The position numbers and the translations under genes were made by a program. From the NCBI GenBank assembly GCA_051418035.1, contig JBPRGE010000058.1:11135-75134 (forward strand): 64,000 nucleotides of DNA. Direction: 5' to 3'. The stretch comes from Candidatus Longimicrobiales bacterium M2_2A_002 (lineage in GTDB: Bacteria; Gemmatimonadota; Gemmatimonadetes; Longimicrobiales; RSA9). Shown one piece after another: positions 7,985 through 16,787 of this stretch; position 1 is the first letter of the stretch, and the number at the start of each line of letters is the position of its first letter. The notes under the pieces were generated by a model. The model saw only the letters and a list, made by a program, of their open reading frames with translations. It searched no databases and was not told where the DNA came from.

Positions 7985-9982
7985 ATGATCTCCGTCTCCA
8001 GCCTGGCCAAATCGTTCGGCGACACGGTCCTCTTCGAGGGCGTCTCGTTCCAGCTCAATGCGGGCGAGCGGTACGGCCTCGTGGGCGCCAACGGCTCCGG
8101 CAAGACGACGCTGCTCAATATCCTCGCCGGGCGAGAGCCGGCCTCCGAGGGCACCGTCAGCGTCCCTTCGCGGGCCGACCTGGGCGTGCTCCGCCAGGAC
8201 CAGTTCATCTACGACGATGAGGAGATCCTCGGAGTCGCGATGCGGGGCAACCCGGAGCTCTGGGACGCCATCATCGCCAAGGAGGCGCTGCTGGCCGAAG
8301 CCGAGACGGAACCGGACGCCTTCGACGCCGAGCGGTACGGGAAGCTGGAGGAGACGATCCAGCGGCACGACGGCTACGCCGCCGAGGCCCGGGCCGCCGA
8401 GATCCTCGAGGGACTCGGGATCCCCGGCGAGGTGCACCGTCGTCCCATGTCGACGCTCTCGGGCGGGTTCAAGCTCCGGGTCCTGCTGGCCCAGGCGCTG
8501 GCCGGCGCGCCCGACGCGCTGCTGCTGGACGAGCCGACCAACCACCTGGACATCCTGAGCATCCGGTGGCTGGAGAAGTTCCTCCGGCAGTTCGATGGCC
8601 CCATCGTCGTCATCAGCCACGACCACCGGTTCCTGGACAACGTGGCCACCCACATCCTGGACGTGGACTACCGTACGGTCACCCTCTACCACGGCGACTA
8701 TACCCACTTCACGGAGAAGAAGGCGCTGGAGCGGGCCCGGCGGGAGAAGGAGATCGAGCAGCGGGAGAAGGAGATCGCGAAGCATCAGCAGTTCGTGGAT
8801 CGGTTCCGGGCCAAGGCGAGCAAGGCCCGCCAGGCCCAGAGCAAGCTCCGGCTCATCGAGAAGAGGGAAGAGGAGCTGGAGCCGCTCCCGCCGTCCTCAC
8901 GCCGCTACCCCACGTTCCGGCTCGAACAGCGGCGACCGAGCGGCCGGGACGTGCTGAAGGTGAAGGGATTGGAGAAGTCGTACGGCGCGAACCGGGTGCT
9001 CCCGGGCGTCGATCTGGAGGTCCGCCGGGGCGACCGGCTGGCCATCATCGGCCCGAACGGGATCGGGAAGTCGACGCTGCTGAAGATCATCGTCGAGGAG
9101 GTCGAGGCTGACGCGGGCAGCATCGACTGGGGCCACGAGACGTACCCCGGCTACTTCGCCCAGGACCACCACGAACAGCTGAGCGACGAATCGACCACGG
9201 CCGAGCAGTGGCTCCGGAACCGGGTCCCCGGTCTGACCACCACCTACCTCCGGGGCGCCATGGGGCTCGTCCTCTTCAGCGGGGACGAGGCGGAGAAGCC
9301 GCTCAGCGCCCTGTCCGGCGGCGAGGCGGCGCGCCTCAACTTCTGCCGGCTATCGCTGGAGAAGCCGAACGTGCTGATCCTCGACGAGCCGACCAACCAC
9401 CTCGACCTGGAGTCCATCGAGGCGCTGGTCGACGGGCTCCGGGCCTTCGATGGCACGCTCGTGTTCGTCTCCCACGACCGCTGGTTCGTCGGGCAGCTGG
9501 CCGACCGGATCATCGAGATCTCGCCCGATGGCCTCCGCGACTACCGCGGCACGTACGAGGAGTACGTCCACTCGCTCGGCGATGACCACCTCGACGCCGA
9601 CGCGGTCGTCGAACGGGAGCGGAAGAAGGCCGGACGCCGGAAACAGGAGTCGGGACGCAGGAGCCAGGAGACCGGAGCCCGGGACACGTCCGGCGATGCG
9701 GTGGATGGCCGGCGACCCGACAACCCGGATGCGCCGCGGCCGCGGTCGCGGAACCCGTACAGGCTCCGGCAGCGCCGGGACGAGCTCGAGGCCCGGATCG
9801 ACGCCATCGAGGAGCGGCTCGAGGCGATCGAGAGGGCGTTCGCCGATCCGTCGCTCTACGACGCCGAGCGGGTGGACGAGGTCCGCGCGCTGGAGTCGGA
9901 GCGGAGCGAGCTCCAGTCGGAGCTCGAGCACCACATGGCCGAGTGGGAGGGCGTGGCCCGGGAGCTGGAGACGCTGGAGTAG
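7985..9982 (+). CDS. ABC-F family ATPase with C-terminal coiled-coil tail (Uup-like)
   Basis: ORF 7817..9982 with the start moved to ATG 7985 (MISVSSLAKSFG). Two ABC cassettes: GANGSGKTT/LSGGFKLR and GPNGIGKST/LSGGEAAR. No TM domain. Basic linker plus a coiled-coil end. Confidence 0.9.
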   Translation: MISVSSLAKSFGDTVLFEGVSFQLNAGERYGLVGANGSGKTTLLNILAGREPASEGTVSVPSRADLGVLRQDQFIYDDEEILGVAMRGNPELWDAIIAKEALLAEAETEPDAFDAERYGKLEETIQRHDGYAAEARAAEILEGLGIPGEVHRRPMSTLSGGFKLRVLLAQALAGAPDALLLDEPTNHLDILSIRWLEKFLRQFDGPIVVISHDHRFLDNVATHILDVDYRTVTLYHGDYTHFTEKKALERARREKEIEQREKEIAKHQQFVDRFRAKASKARQAQSKLRLIEKREEELEPLPPSSRRYPTFRLEQRRPSGRDVLKVKGLEKSYGANRVLPGVDLEVRRGDRLAIIGPNGIGKSTLLKIIVEEVEADAGSIDWGHETYPGYFAQDHHEQLSDESTTAEQWLRNRVPGLTTTYLRGAMGLVLFSGDEAEKPLSALSGGEAARLNFCRLSLEKPNVLILDEPTNHLDLESIEALVDGLRAFDGTLVFVSHDRWFVGQLADRIIEISPDGLRDYRGTYEEYVHSLGDDHLDADAVVERERKKAGRRKQESGRRSQETGARDTSGDAVDGRRPDNPDAPRPRSRNPYRLRQRRDELEARIDAIEERLEAIERAFADPSLYDAERVDEVRALESERSELQSELEHHMAEWEGVARELETLE

Positions 9983-9986
9983 TCGT

Positions 9987-10250
9987 CTACCAGACCTGGC
10001 CGTGGCACGAGAAGCAGCTCGGCTGCCCACTGGACCCGCCCATGAGGTCCTGGCCGTGACACGCGGTGCAGTTGGCCTCCGGGTCCGAGAACCCCGGTGC
10101 GTGGGCAACACCATCCTGGTTGACGGTGTGGCCCTGCGGCGCGTCGGGCGGCAGGGTGGGATCGTCGTCGCCGCACGCGGCGAGCGCCGTGACGGCCAGG
10201 GCGAGGACGACCGCAGACAGAAGTGCGCGGAGTGAGATCGTTTCATGCAT
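9987..10250 (-). CDS. small di-haem c-type cytochrome lipoprotein
   Basis: ORF 9987..10283 with the start moved to ATG 10250. Lipobox LAVTALAAC. Two CXXCH motifs (CTACH, CFSCH). Confidence 0.6.
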   Translation of the reverse strand: MHETISLRALLSAVVLALAVTALAACGDDDPTLPPDAPQGHTVNQDGVAHAPGFSDPEANCTACHGQDLMGGSSGQPSCFSCHGQVW

Positions 10251-10416
10251 GGCGGGGACCCCCCGGTAGAAGTGAGCCAACAATCTTGCGTCGGTGCGGG
10301 AAGCTGGTCCAGAGTTTCGGTCCGTGAGCGGGCGGGCGTTGACACGCGGCCGACGTCCTGCGACCTTGCGTCAAGGCGAAAAGCTCCGGCACGGCCGGAA
10401 CCAGTAACGAAACCGG

Positions 10417-10446
10417 GACCTGGGCGCTAGCGTCCGGGTCTTTTTT
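10417..10446 (+). terminator. intrinsic-terminator-like hairpin + T6 in the cspA leader (attenuator or sRNA 3' end)
   Basis: gacctgggcgc-ta-gcgtccgggtc forms a 9-10 bp stem (two G-U pairs). It is followed directly by tttttt at 10441-10446. T-runs are very rare in this window. Confidence 0.6.
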
Positions 10447-10535
10447 GTTGCACGCCGACTAAACAGGTGAGTTCGAGAGGTACGGATATGCCGCACCCCG
10501 AGGGCACCGGTAATCAGAACAGGGAGTACGGCACA

Positions 10536-10742
10536 ATGAGCACGACCGGAACCGTGAAGTGGTTCAACGACGAGAAGGGCTTCGGCTTCATCGAGCCCGA
10601 GGACGGCAGCGACGACTGTTTCGTCCATCACAGCGACATCCAGGGCACCGGCTTCAAGAGCCTGTCCGAGGGTCAGAAGGTGGAGTTCGAGCGGGTCCAG
10701 GGGCAGAAGGGCCCCGCTGCACAGAACGTCCGCCCGGCGTGA
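10536..10742 (+). CDS. cspA: cold-shock protein (CspA family)
   Basis: [36 protein letters not shown], with RNP1/RNP2 motifs. AGGGAG lies 10 nt upstream of ATG 10536. Confidence 0.95.
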   Translation: MSTTGTVKWFNDEKGFGFIEPEDGSDDCFVHHSDIQGTGFKSLSEGQKVEFERVQGQKGPAAQNVRPA

Positions 10743-10783
10743 CCCCACGCTGAGCGCCGCGCGGCCCCCACGGCCGCAGCGCG

Positions 10784-10818
10784 GAACGGCCGTCCCGGAC
10801 TACCCGGGGCGGCCGTTC
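10784..10818 (+). terminator. 15-bp stem hairpin downstream of cspA
   Basis: gaacggccgtcccgg-actac-ccggggcggccgttc (one G-U pair). It lies 42 nt after the cspA stop. No U-tract follows. Confidence 0.5.
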
Positions 10819-10905
10819 GTGCATCGGTAGACTCCTTGCTCTCGGGCGAGGGCGTGTCGCATCATTGGATGTTGGCGCCGGCGAGCCCCCGAGCCAGGAG
10901 GAGCC

Positions 10906-12213
10906 ATGACCACCGCAGCCCCCGCTTCCACTACCCTCGACGCGCTGAGGGACCTCTTCGACGGGATCGAGATCCGCAACTTCGACGTCCGACTCTGGGA
11001 CGGGACCACCTGGGCGCCGGACGGCGCCGCCGACCCGGCCTTCACCCTGGTGGTCGAGCGGGCGGGTGCGCTCCGGTCACTGCTGCACGCCGGGAGCGAG
11101 GCGGCCCTGGTGGAGGCGTACCTGGTCGGCGACCTGTCGATCGAGGGCGATATCTACGCCGTGCCGCCCTTCGGTCGCGCCCTCCTCCGGCAGCGACTCG
11201 GGCTCGGCAGACGGGCCAGGATCGCACTCCGGCTGCTCCGGCTGCCGAAAGACGACGGCGACGGCGCGCTTCCGGGCGAAGAGCCCGGCGGACTGCCGGC
11301 CGCGAAGCTGCATGGCGAGCTCCACTCCATCGAGCGGGACCGCGCCGCCGTGACCCACCACTACGACCTCTCGAACGCGTTCTACTCGCTGTTCCTCGAC
11401 CCGCGAATGGTGTACAGCTGCGCGGTGTTCCGACATCCCGACGAGGATCTGGAGACCGCACAGCTCCGGAAGCTGGACCTCATCTGCCGCAAGCTCCGGA
11501 TCCGCGAGGGCGACCGTCTGCTGGACGTGGGGTGCGGCTGGGGCGCCCTGATCATCCACGCCGCCCGGGAGTACGGCGCTCTTGCTACCGGGATCACGCT
11601 CAGCCAGCGCCAGGCGGAGCTCGCCCGGAGCCGGATCCGGGAAGCCGGCCTCGACGGCCGCTGCCGGGTGGAGGTCCGGGACTACCGGGAGCTGCAGGAC
11701 GAGGCGTTCGACCGCATCGCGAGCGTGGGGATGTTCGAGCACGTCGGTCACGAACGGGCCGCCGAGTACTTCGCCACGATCCACCGACTGCTCCGCCCCG
11801 GCGGCAGCTACCTCCACCACGCCATCACTGCCAACCCGCTGGGCCCGCCGCAGCCGGGCCCCAGCCTTTCCGATACGTTCGTCTTCCCGGACCACGAGCT
11901 CATCCCCATCGGCGAGACGCTGACGTACGCCGAGGAGGAAGGGTTCGACATACGCGACCTCGAAGCGCTGCGGGAGCACTATGCCCTGACCCTCCGACGC
12001 TGGATCGCAGCACTGGAGCGGAACCGGGCGGCGGCCGTGGCCGAGGTCGGCGAGCCGACATGGCGGGCCTGGCACCTGATGTTCGCCGGCTCGGCCATCG
12101 ATTTCGAGGCCAACCGGCAGGAGATCAGTCAGGTCCTGATGGTCAAGCCCCGGGCCGATGGCTCCGCCGGGATCCCCCTGGGCCGCGAGGACTGGTACGA
12201 CGGCGCGATCTGA
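10906..12213 (+). CDS. cfa: cyclopropane-fatty-acyl-phospholipid synthase family SAM methyltransferase
   Basis: 435 aa. HYDLSNAFYSLFLDPRMVYSCAVF, LLDVGCGWGAL and MFEHVG are typical CMAS motifs. Confidence 0.85.
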   Translation: MTTAAPASTTLDALRDLFDGIEIRNFDVRLWDGTTWAPDGAADPAFTLVVERAGALRSLLHAGSEAALVEAYLVGDLSIEGDIYAVPPFGRALLRQRLGLGRRARIALRLLRLPKDDGDGALPGEEPGGLPAAKLHGELHSIERDRAAVTHHYDLSNAFYSLFLDPRMVYSCAVFRHPDEDLETAQLRKLDLICRKLRIREGDRLLDVGCGWGALIIHAAREYGALATGITLSQRQAELARSRIREAGLDGRCRVEVRDYRELQDEAFDRIASVGMFEHVGHERAAEYFATIHRLLRPGGSYLHHAITANPLGPPQPGPSLSDTFVFPDHELIPIGETLTYAEEEGFDIRDLEALREHYALTLRRWIAALERNRAAAVAEVGEPTWRAWHLMFAGSAIDFEANRQEISQVLMVKPRADGSAGIPLGREDWYDGAI

Positions 12214-12236
12214 GAGCGGCCGGGGCACGATGTCCG

Positions 12237-12725
12237 TCAGCGCTCGTCCGCCGTCGGGCCGTAGATCGGCGGCAGCGGCACGTCGAGGAGCCGCAGGTAC
12301 ACCGTCAGCTGGCCGCGATGGTGGATCAGGTGGTTCAGGTGGTTCCGGGCGGCGACGCTCCGCGGGGCCGTGAACAGCTCCATGTCCGCCGACTTCAGCG
12401 TCCACCCCTCGTCCAGCGCCTCGCCGGTCACTTCCTCGATCGCCGTGCGTGCGGCCGCCGCGTTCCGGTCGAGCGCCGCCAGCAGCACCTCCGTCGGCTC
12501 GAAGCTGTACTCGACCCCCTGCTCGACGAAGTCGTACGCATCGTCCCGGAGCGCGCTGGTGACCCAGCCGGGCATCCAGCTCACCAGCTGGGCCAGGTGA
12601 CCGAGAGGGAAGGACTTCTCGTGGGGCTTCCACTCCCCCTGCTCCGTCGGCACCCGCTCCAGCAGGCGCCGGGTGGCATCCATCTCGTAGTCGAACTCGT
12701 CCAGCGGGATCGCGTGCTCGGGCAT
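12237..12725 (-). CDS. DinB-family protein
   Basis: ORF 12237..12803 with the start moved to ATG 12725 (GAAGGAGG upstream). Contains LNHLIHHRGQLTVYLR. Confidence 0.8.
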   Translation of the reverse strand: MPEHAIPLDEFDYEMDATRRLLERVPTEQGEWKPHEKSFPLGHLAQLVSWMPGWVTSALRDDAYDFVEQGVEYSFEPTEVLLAALDRNAAAARTAIEEVTGEALDEGWTLKSADMELFTAPRSVAARNHLNHLIHHRGQLTVYLRLLDVPLPPIYGPTADER

Positions 12726-12945
12726 GGGGGCCTCCTTCGCCGGTCGCCTCGGGGTCTCTGGAGTCGGTCCCTCAGCATGGCGCCGCCTGCGCCACACCGT
12801 CAAGAATCGCGTACCCGAGCGGCCCCACCACCGGCGACCGGTGCGAGCCGATCGTCAGAGCGCGTACCGGACGCCGGTCAGGGCTTCCGACCGCCCCCGG
12901 AGGCCGCGGGCGCGCGACGTGCCCGGGGCACTACACACCCGACGC

Positions 12946-15501
12946 TCAGCCACATTCGCTGTAGCCACAGCTCAGACACTTCACGCACCCCTCGGCGAAC
13001 TGGAGGTCGCTGGAGCATTCGGGGCAGGTTCCGATGAAGGCGTCGCCCGGGTCGTAGGCCTGGGGCGTGCCCTGGACCTGCACGCCAGAGCCGGACGCCG
13101 TCGGCGGGCTCTCCACCGTGCTGGCCGGTGCCGCCTCGGTCCGCGGTGCCGCGGCGCCACCGAGACCCAGGTCCTCCTGGATCCCTTCCTTCTCCTGCAT
13201 GTGGAGCTGGAGGACCTGGCCGATCGCATCGGGCATGGACAGGACCTTGTTCGGCCCGATGCCGACGGCCCGGTCGCACGAGATGCCCCGGAGCTGGTTC
13301 ACCACGTCCTGCATGGGGATCCCGGACCGGAGCGCCAGCGAGATCATCCGGCCGATGGCCTCGGAGTGCGCCATGGCGGCGCCGCCGGCCTTCCCGAGGG
13401 TGGCGAAGACCTCGAACGGACGGCCTTCCTCGTCCTCGTTCACCGTGACGTAGAGCTCGCCGAGCGGGCTCCGGATCTTCCGGGTGATCCCGTGGAGCTT
13501 CTGGGGCCGCGTCCGCTTGTGGAGCCGCTTCTGGCTCTTGGCCTCCAGCTCCTGCAGCCCCTCCTGCAGCGCCTCCATCTCCTGCCGGAGCTGGTGGTTC
13601 TCCTCCCGGGCATCGGCCAGCTTCGCTTCCAGGTCCGCCGTCTTCGGCGACGCCTCGCCCTTCGCCGTCTTCCCGGTGCTGAGCACCTGCGCCGGCCGGC
13701 TCCCATCGCGGTAGACGGTGACGCCCTTGCAGCTCAGCTCGTACGCCTGGATGTAGATCTCGCGGACGTCGTCCTCGGTGGCTTCCTGGCTGAAGTTGCA
13801 CGTCTTGGAGATGGCGCTGTCCACGTGCTCCTGGAAGGCCGCCTGCATCCGGATGTGCCATTCCGGGCTCACGTCGTGCGACGTGACGAACACCCGCTGG
13901 ACCTCTTCGGGGACCTCGTCGAAGTGGATGTGGCCCTCCTCCGCGATCCGCTCCATGAGCTCCTCGGAGTGCCAGCCGCCCTCCTTCGCGATCCGGACGA
14001 AGTCCTTGTTGACGTCCGGCATCATGCTGCCCGCCTGGTTCCGCATGAACGCCACCGCGAAGAGCGGCTCGATCCCGCCACTGCAGTCCGCGAAGATGGA
14101 GATCGTGCCCGTGGGCGCGACCGTCGTGATGTTGCTGTTCCGCAGCCGCCGCATCGGACGGACCCGCTCGCCGTCGACCCTCGCCGCCGTCTCGTCCGGG
14201 CCCCAGATGCTGTGCTCCCAGGCCGGGAAGGTGCCCCGGTCCTCGGCCAGCTTCTCCGACGCGTTCCGGCTCTCGGCCTCGATGAAGCCCATGACCGACC
14301 GCGCCGCCTCGATGGCCCCGTCGCTGTTGTACGGGATCCCGAGCCGGATCAGCAGGTCCGCCCACCCCATCACGCCGAGGCCGATCCGCCGGATCTGCTG
14401 CGCCAGCTCCGTGATCTCGTCCAGCGGGTAGTTGTTCGCGTCGATCACGTTGTCCAGGAAGTGCACCGCCGTGTGCACCACGCTCCGGAACGCGTCCCAG
14501 TCGATCTTCTCGTCGAGCGGCGCGTCCGCGGCCACATCGTCCTGCACGAACATCCCGACGTTGATGCTGCCCAGGTTGCACACGTCGTACGGCAGGAGCG
14601 GCTGCTCGCCGCACGGGTTCGTCGCCTCGTAGCTGCCCAGCTCCGGGACCGGGTTGTACCGGTTCGCCTCGTCGATGAAGAAGACCCCCGGCTCACCCGT
14701 CGCCCAGGCGCCGTGGATGATCATGTCGAAGATCTCGCCCGCATCCTCCTGGCCCACGACCTCACCCGTCCGCGGACTCTTCAGGTCGTACGCCTCCCCC
14801 GCCTTCAACGCCTCCATGAACGAGTCCGTGATGGCCACGCTGATGTTGAAATTCGTGACCTGGCTCACGTCGCTCTTGCACGTGATGAAGTTGCGGATGT
14901 CCGGGTGATCGACCCGCAGGATCCCCATGTTCGCGCCCCGCCGCGTCCCGCCCTGCTTCACGACCTCCGTCGAGCTGTCGTACAGCTTCATGAAGCTGAC
15001 CGGACCACTCGCCACCCCCATGGTGCTCTTCACCACGTCGTTCGCCGGACGCAGCCGGCTGAAGCTGAAGCCCGTCCCGCCACCCGACTGATGGACCAGC
15101 GCCATCGACCGCAGCGTGTCGTAGATCCCGTCCTTCCCGTTGCTCAGCGCGTCCTCCACCGGCAGCACGAAGCACGCGCTCAGCTGGCCCAGCGGACGGC
15201 CCGCGTTCATCAGCGTCGGACTGTTCGGCTCGAACAGTCGCTCCGTCATCAGCCGGTAGAACTCCCGCGCCAGCTCGTCCACCCCGCCCTCGCTCGCGCC
15301 GTAGTCCGCGTCGACCTCCGCGATCACCCGCGCCACACGCCAGAACATCTGCTCCGGCTCCTCGATCGGATCGCCGTCCTCGTTCTTCTTCAGGTACCGC
15401 TTGCCCATGATGATCCGGGCATTCTCGGTCAGGTCCGCCGCCTTCAGGTCCTCGGGCAGAACGTCCGCGGGTGCGGGGGAGTTCGCGGGCTTACGGGTCA
15501 T
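12946..15501 (-). CDS. nrdJ: adenosylcobalamin-dependent (class II) ribonucleotide reductase
   Basis: ORF 12946..15600 with the start moved to ATG 15501 (MTRKPANS). Motifs: NSPTLMNAG, SACFVLP, GGGTGFSFSRLRP, NPCGEQPL. C-terminal Cys cluster CPECSS...CVKCLSCGYSEC. Confidence 0.95.
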   Translation of the reverse strand: MTRKPANSPAPADVLPEDLKAADLTENARIIMGKRYLKKNEDGDPIEEPEQMFWRVARVIAEVDADYGASEGGVDELAREFYRLMTERLFEPNSPTLMNAGRPLGQLSACFVLPVEDALSNGKDGIYDTLRSMALVHQSGGGTGFSFSRLRPANDVVKSTMGVASGPVSFMKLYDSSTEVVKQGGTRRGANMGILRVDHPDIRNFITCKSDVSQVTNFNISVAITDSFMEALKAGEAYDLKSPRTGEVVGQEDAGEIFDMIIHGAWATGEPGVFFIDEANRYNPVPELGSYEATNPCGEQPLLPYDVCNLGSINVGMFVQDDVAADAPLDEKIDWDAFRSVVHTAVHFLDNVIDANNYPLDEITELAQQIRRIGLGVMGWADLLIRLGIPYNSDGAIEAARSVMGFIEAESRNASEKLAEDRGTFPAWEHSIWGPDETAARVDGERVRPMRRLRNSNITTVAPTGTISIFADCSGGIEPLFAVAFMRNQAGSMMPDVNKDFVRIAKEGGWHSEELMERIAEEGHIHFDEVPEEVQRVFVTSHDVSPEWHIRMQAAFQEHVDSAISKTCNFSQEATEDDVREIYIQAYELSCKGVTVYRDGSRPAQVLSTGKTAKGEASPKTADLEAKLADAREENHQLRQEMEALQEGLQELEAKSQKRLHKRTRPQKLHGITRKIRSPLGELYVTVNEDEEGRPFEVFATLGKAGGAAMAHSEAIGRMISLALRSGIPMQDVVNQLRGISCDRAVGIGPNKVLSMPDAIGQVLQLHMQEKEGIQEDLGLGGAAAPRTEAAPASTVESPPTASGSGVQVQGTPQAYDPGDAFIGTCPECSSDLQFAEGCVKCLSCGYSECG

Positions 15502-15635
15502 CGTCGTGCCTCTCCTGCTGATCTGGATGTACGAGCCTTTACGTGGATAACTTCGATCTGTGCGGGGGCGGTCGCCGCCACCGAACGTCTGCCGCCTCAC
15601 GCAGGTCGACCCACAGGGGTGGGGTCGCTCGGAAT

Positions 15636-15651
15636 GCCCTACATGTTGTGC
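15636..15651 (-). promoter_or_regulatory. NrdR-type box A (gene-strand GCACAACATGTAGGGC)
   Basis: Shares the core ACAT(G/A)TTGTG with box B. The centres are 31 bp apart. It lies downstream of the predicted -10. Confidence 0.5.
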
Positions 15652-15660
15652 GGGGTAACC

Positions 15661-15689
15661 AAGCTACCACCACATATTGTGGGTGTCAA
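15661..15689 (-). promoter_or_regulatory. sigma70-like nrdJ promoter: TTGACA - 17 bp - TAGCTT
   Basis: Gene strand reads cTTGACAcccacaatatgtggtggTAGCTTgg. The -35 is at 15689-15684 and the -10 at 15666-15661, ~160 nt upstream of the nrdJ ATG. Confidence 0.5.
15667..15682 (-). promoter_or_regulatory. NrdR-type box B (gene-strand CCACAATATGTGGTGG)
   Basis: Near-palindrome of the form CAC-N8-GTG. It fills the promoter spacer exactly and resembles the aCaCwAtATaTwGtGt NrdR consensus. Confidence 0.55.
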
Positions 15690-15924
15690 GACGCGAGTTG
15701 TGCACAGACTTATACACTCCAGAGGCGCCTGGTTTCCCTTGGGTTTGGGCGGTTTTCCACACTGTCCACAACGCGCTCATCCGTCGGTTCACGGCCGCCG
15801 CGGGGTGCCGGATCGGGCTGCCATCTTGCCGCACGGCACCCCCGTGCCGCAGGTTCGGGGGTACCGGTCGGCAGTGGCGAGAGACGGCCCCGAGGGTCGG
15901 GGCCCCGGACCTGGGGAGCGGGCG

Positions 15925-16719
15925 ATGTCGGAGAGCGGGCGAGGCCATCGGGTGGAGCCGTTCACGTCGAGCCGTCGTCTGGTGGCGGCGAGCACGGCGG
16001 TGGGTCGGGAGCGGAACACGATCCACACCCTTTCGGAGGTGGACATCAGCCGGGCGCGCCACCGGATCCGTGAGCATCGGGAGCAGACGGGGGAGCGGCT
16101 GTCGCTCACCGCCTACATCGTCGCCTGCCTGGCCGGTGCGCTGGCGGAGCAGCCGGAGCTGAACGCGTTCCGTCGTGGCCGGAAGCTGATCCTTCTGGAC
16201 GACATCACGATCAACACGCTGGTGGAGCGGGAGCTCGCCGGGGGCGAGCGGGTCCCCGAGCCGTGGCCGGTGAAGGCTGCGGAGTCGAAGAGCTACCGTG
16301 AGATCCACGAGGAGATCCGGGCGGCGCAGTCGCACCGGAGCGACCGGCTGGGCACGCTGTCCGGCTCGCCGTGGTACCTGCGGCTCCTCCCGGAGATGCT
16401 GGCGCGCTGGTTCGTCCGGTGGGCCACCCGGAGCACGGCCATGGCGAAGCGGTACGGCGTGGTAGGCGTCACGGCCGTGGGGATGTTCGGCTCGGGCGCG
16501 TCGTGGGCGATCCCGCTGACCGCGGCGACCGTGACGGTGACCGTCGGCAGCATCATCCGGCGTCCCGTCCTCGACGACGAGGGCTGGCTCCGGGATCCGG
16601 AGCACCTCTGCCTCACCGTCTCCTTCAACCACGATATCGTGGATGGCGCGCCGGCGGCCCGGTTCATGGCCCGGTTCGCCGAGATCCTCAGCAGCGGGGC
16701 GCTCCTGGAGGACGTGTAG
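15925..16719 (+). CDS. 2-oxoacid dehydrogenase acyltransferase (E2) catalytic-domain-only protein
   Basis: This is the C-terminal part of the 1331-aa tracked ORF. ATG 15925 gives MSESGRGHRVEPFTSSRR...; the catalytic-site-like segment is CLTVSFNHDIVDGAPAARF. No lipoyl or E3-binding domain. Confidence 0.7.
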   Translation: MSESGRGHRVEPFTSSRRLVAASTAVGRERNTIHTLSEVDISRARHRIREHREQTGERLSLTAYIVACLAGALAEQPELNAFRRGRKLILLDDITINTLVERELAGGERVPEPWPVKAAESKSYREIHEEIRAAQSHRSDRLGTLSGSPWYLRLLPEMLARWFVRWATRSTAMAKRYGVVGVTAVGMFGSGASWAIPLTAATVTVTVGSIIRRPVLDDEGWLRDPEHLCLTVSFNHDIVDGAPAARFMARFAEILSSGALLEDV

Positions 16720-16787
16720 CTTCTCGGCCGGCTGTCGGCTCGCCCCCTGACGCCTGCTCGACCTTCCGTTCCATCTCGTCGCTCGGG

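Noticed and set aside
5908-8208. 766-aa minus-strand ORF.
   Set aside because: It is antisense to the YejM-like and ABC-F genes. It is an R/P/G/E-rich, stop-poor frame typical of very high GC DNA.
10245-10430. 61-aa plus-strand ORF in the cspA upstream region, considered as a leader peptide or small gene.
   Set aside because: Its translation is R/P/S-rich. It overlaps the start of the opposite-strand cytochrome gene and ends inside the terminator hairpin. There is no RBS.
15502-15660. A possible cobalamin riboswitch in the long nrdJ leader.
   Set aside because: I could not find a B12-box-like element or the conserved riboswitch core. B12 riboswitches normally control B12-independent isozymes rather than nrdJ. 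NrdR-type boxes explain the region better.
12724-15924. The first ~1060 codons of the 1331-aa plus-strand ORF 12724..16719.
   Set aside because: This part is antisense to the well-supported nrdJ gene. Its composition is R/P/G/A/L/H-rich low complexity with no recognisable motifs. Only the last 264 codons, from ATG 15925 and outside nrdJ, look like a real gene.
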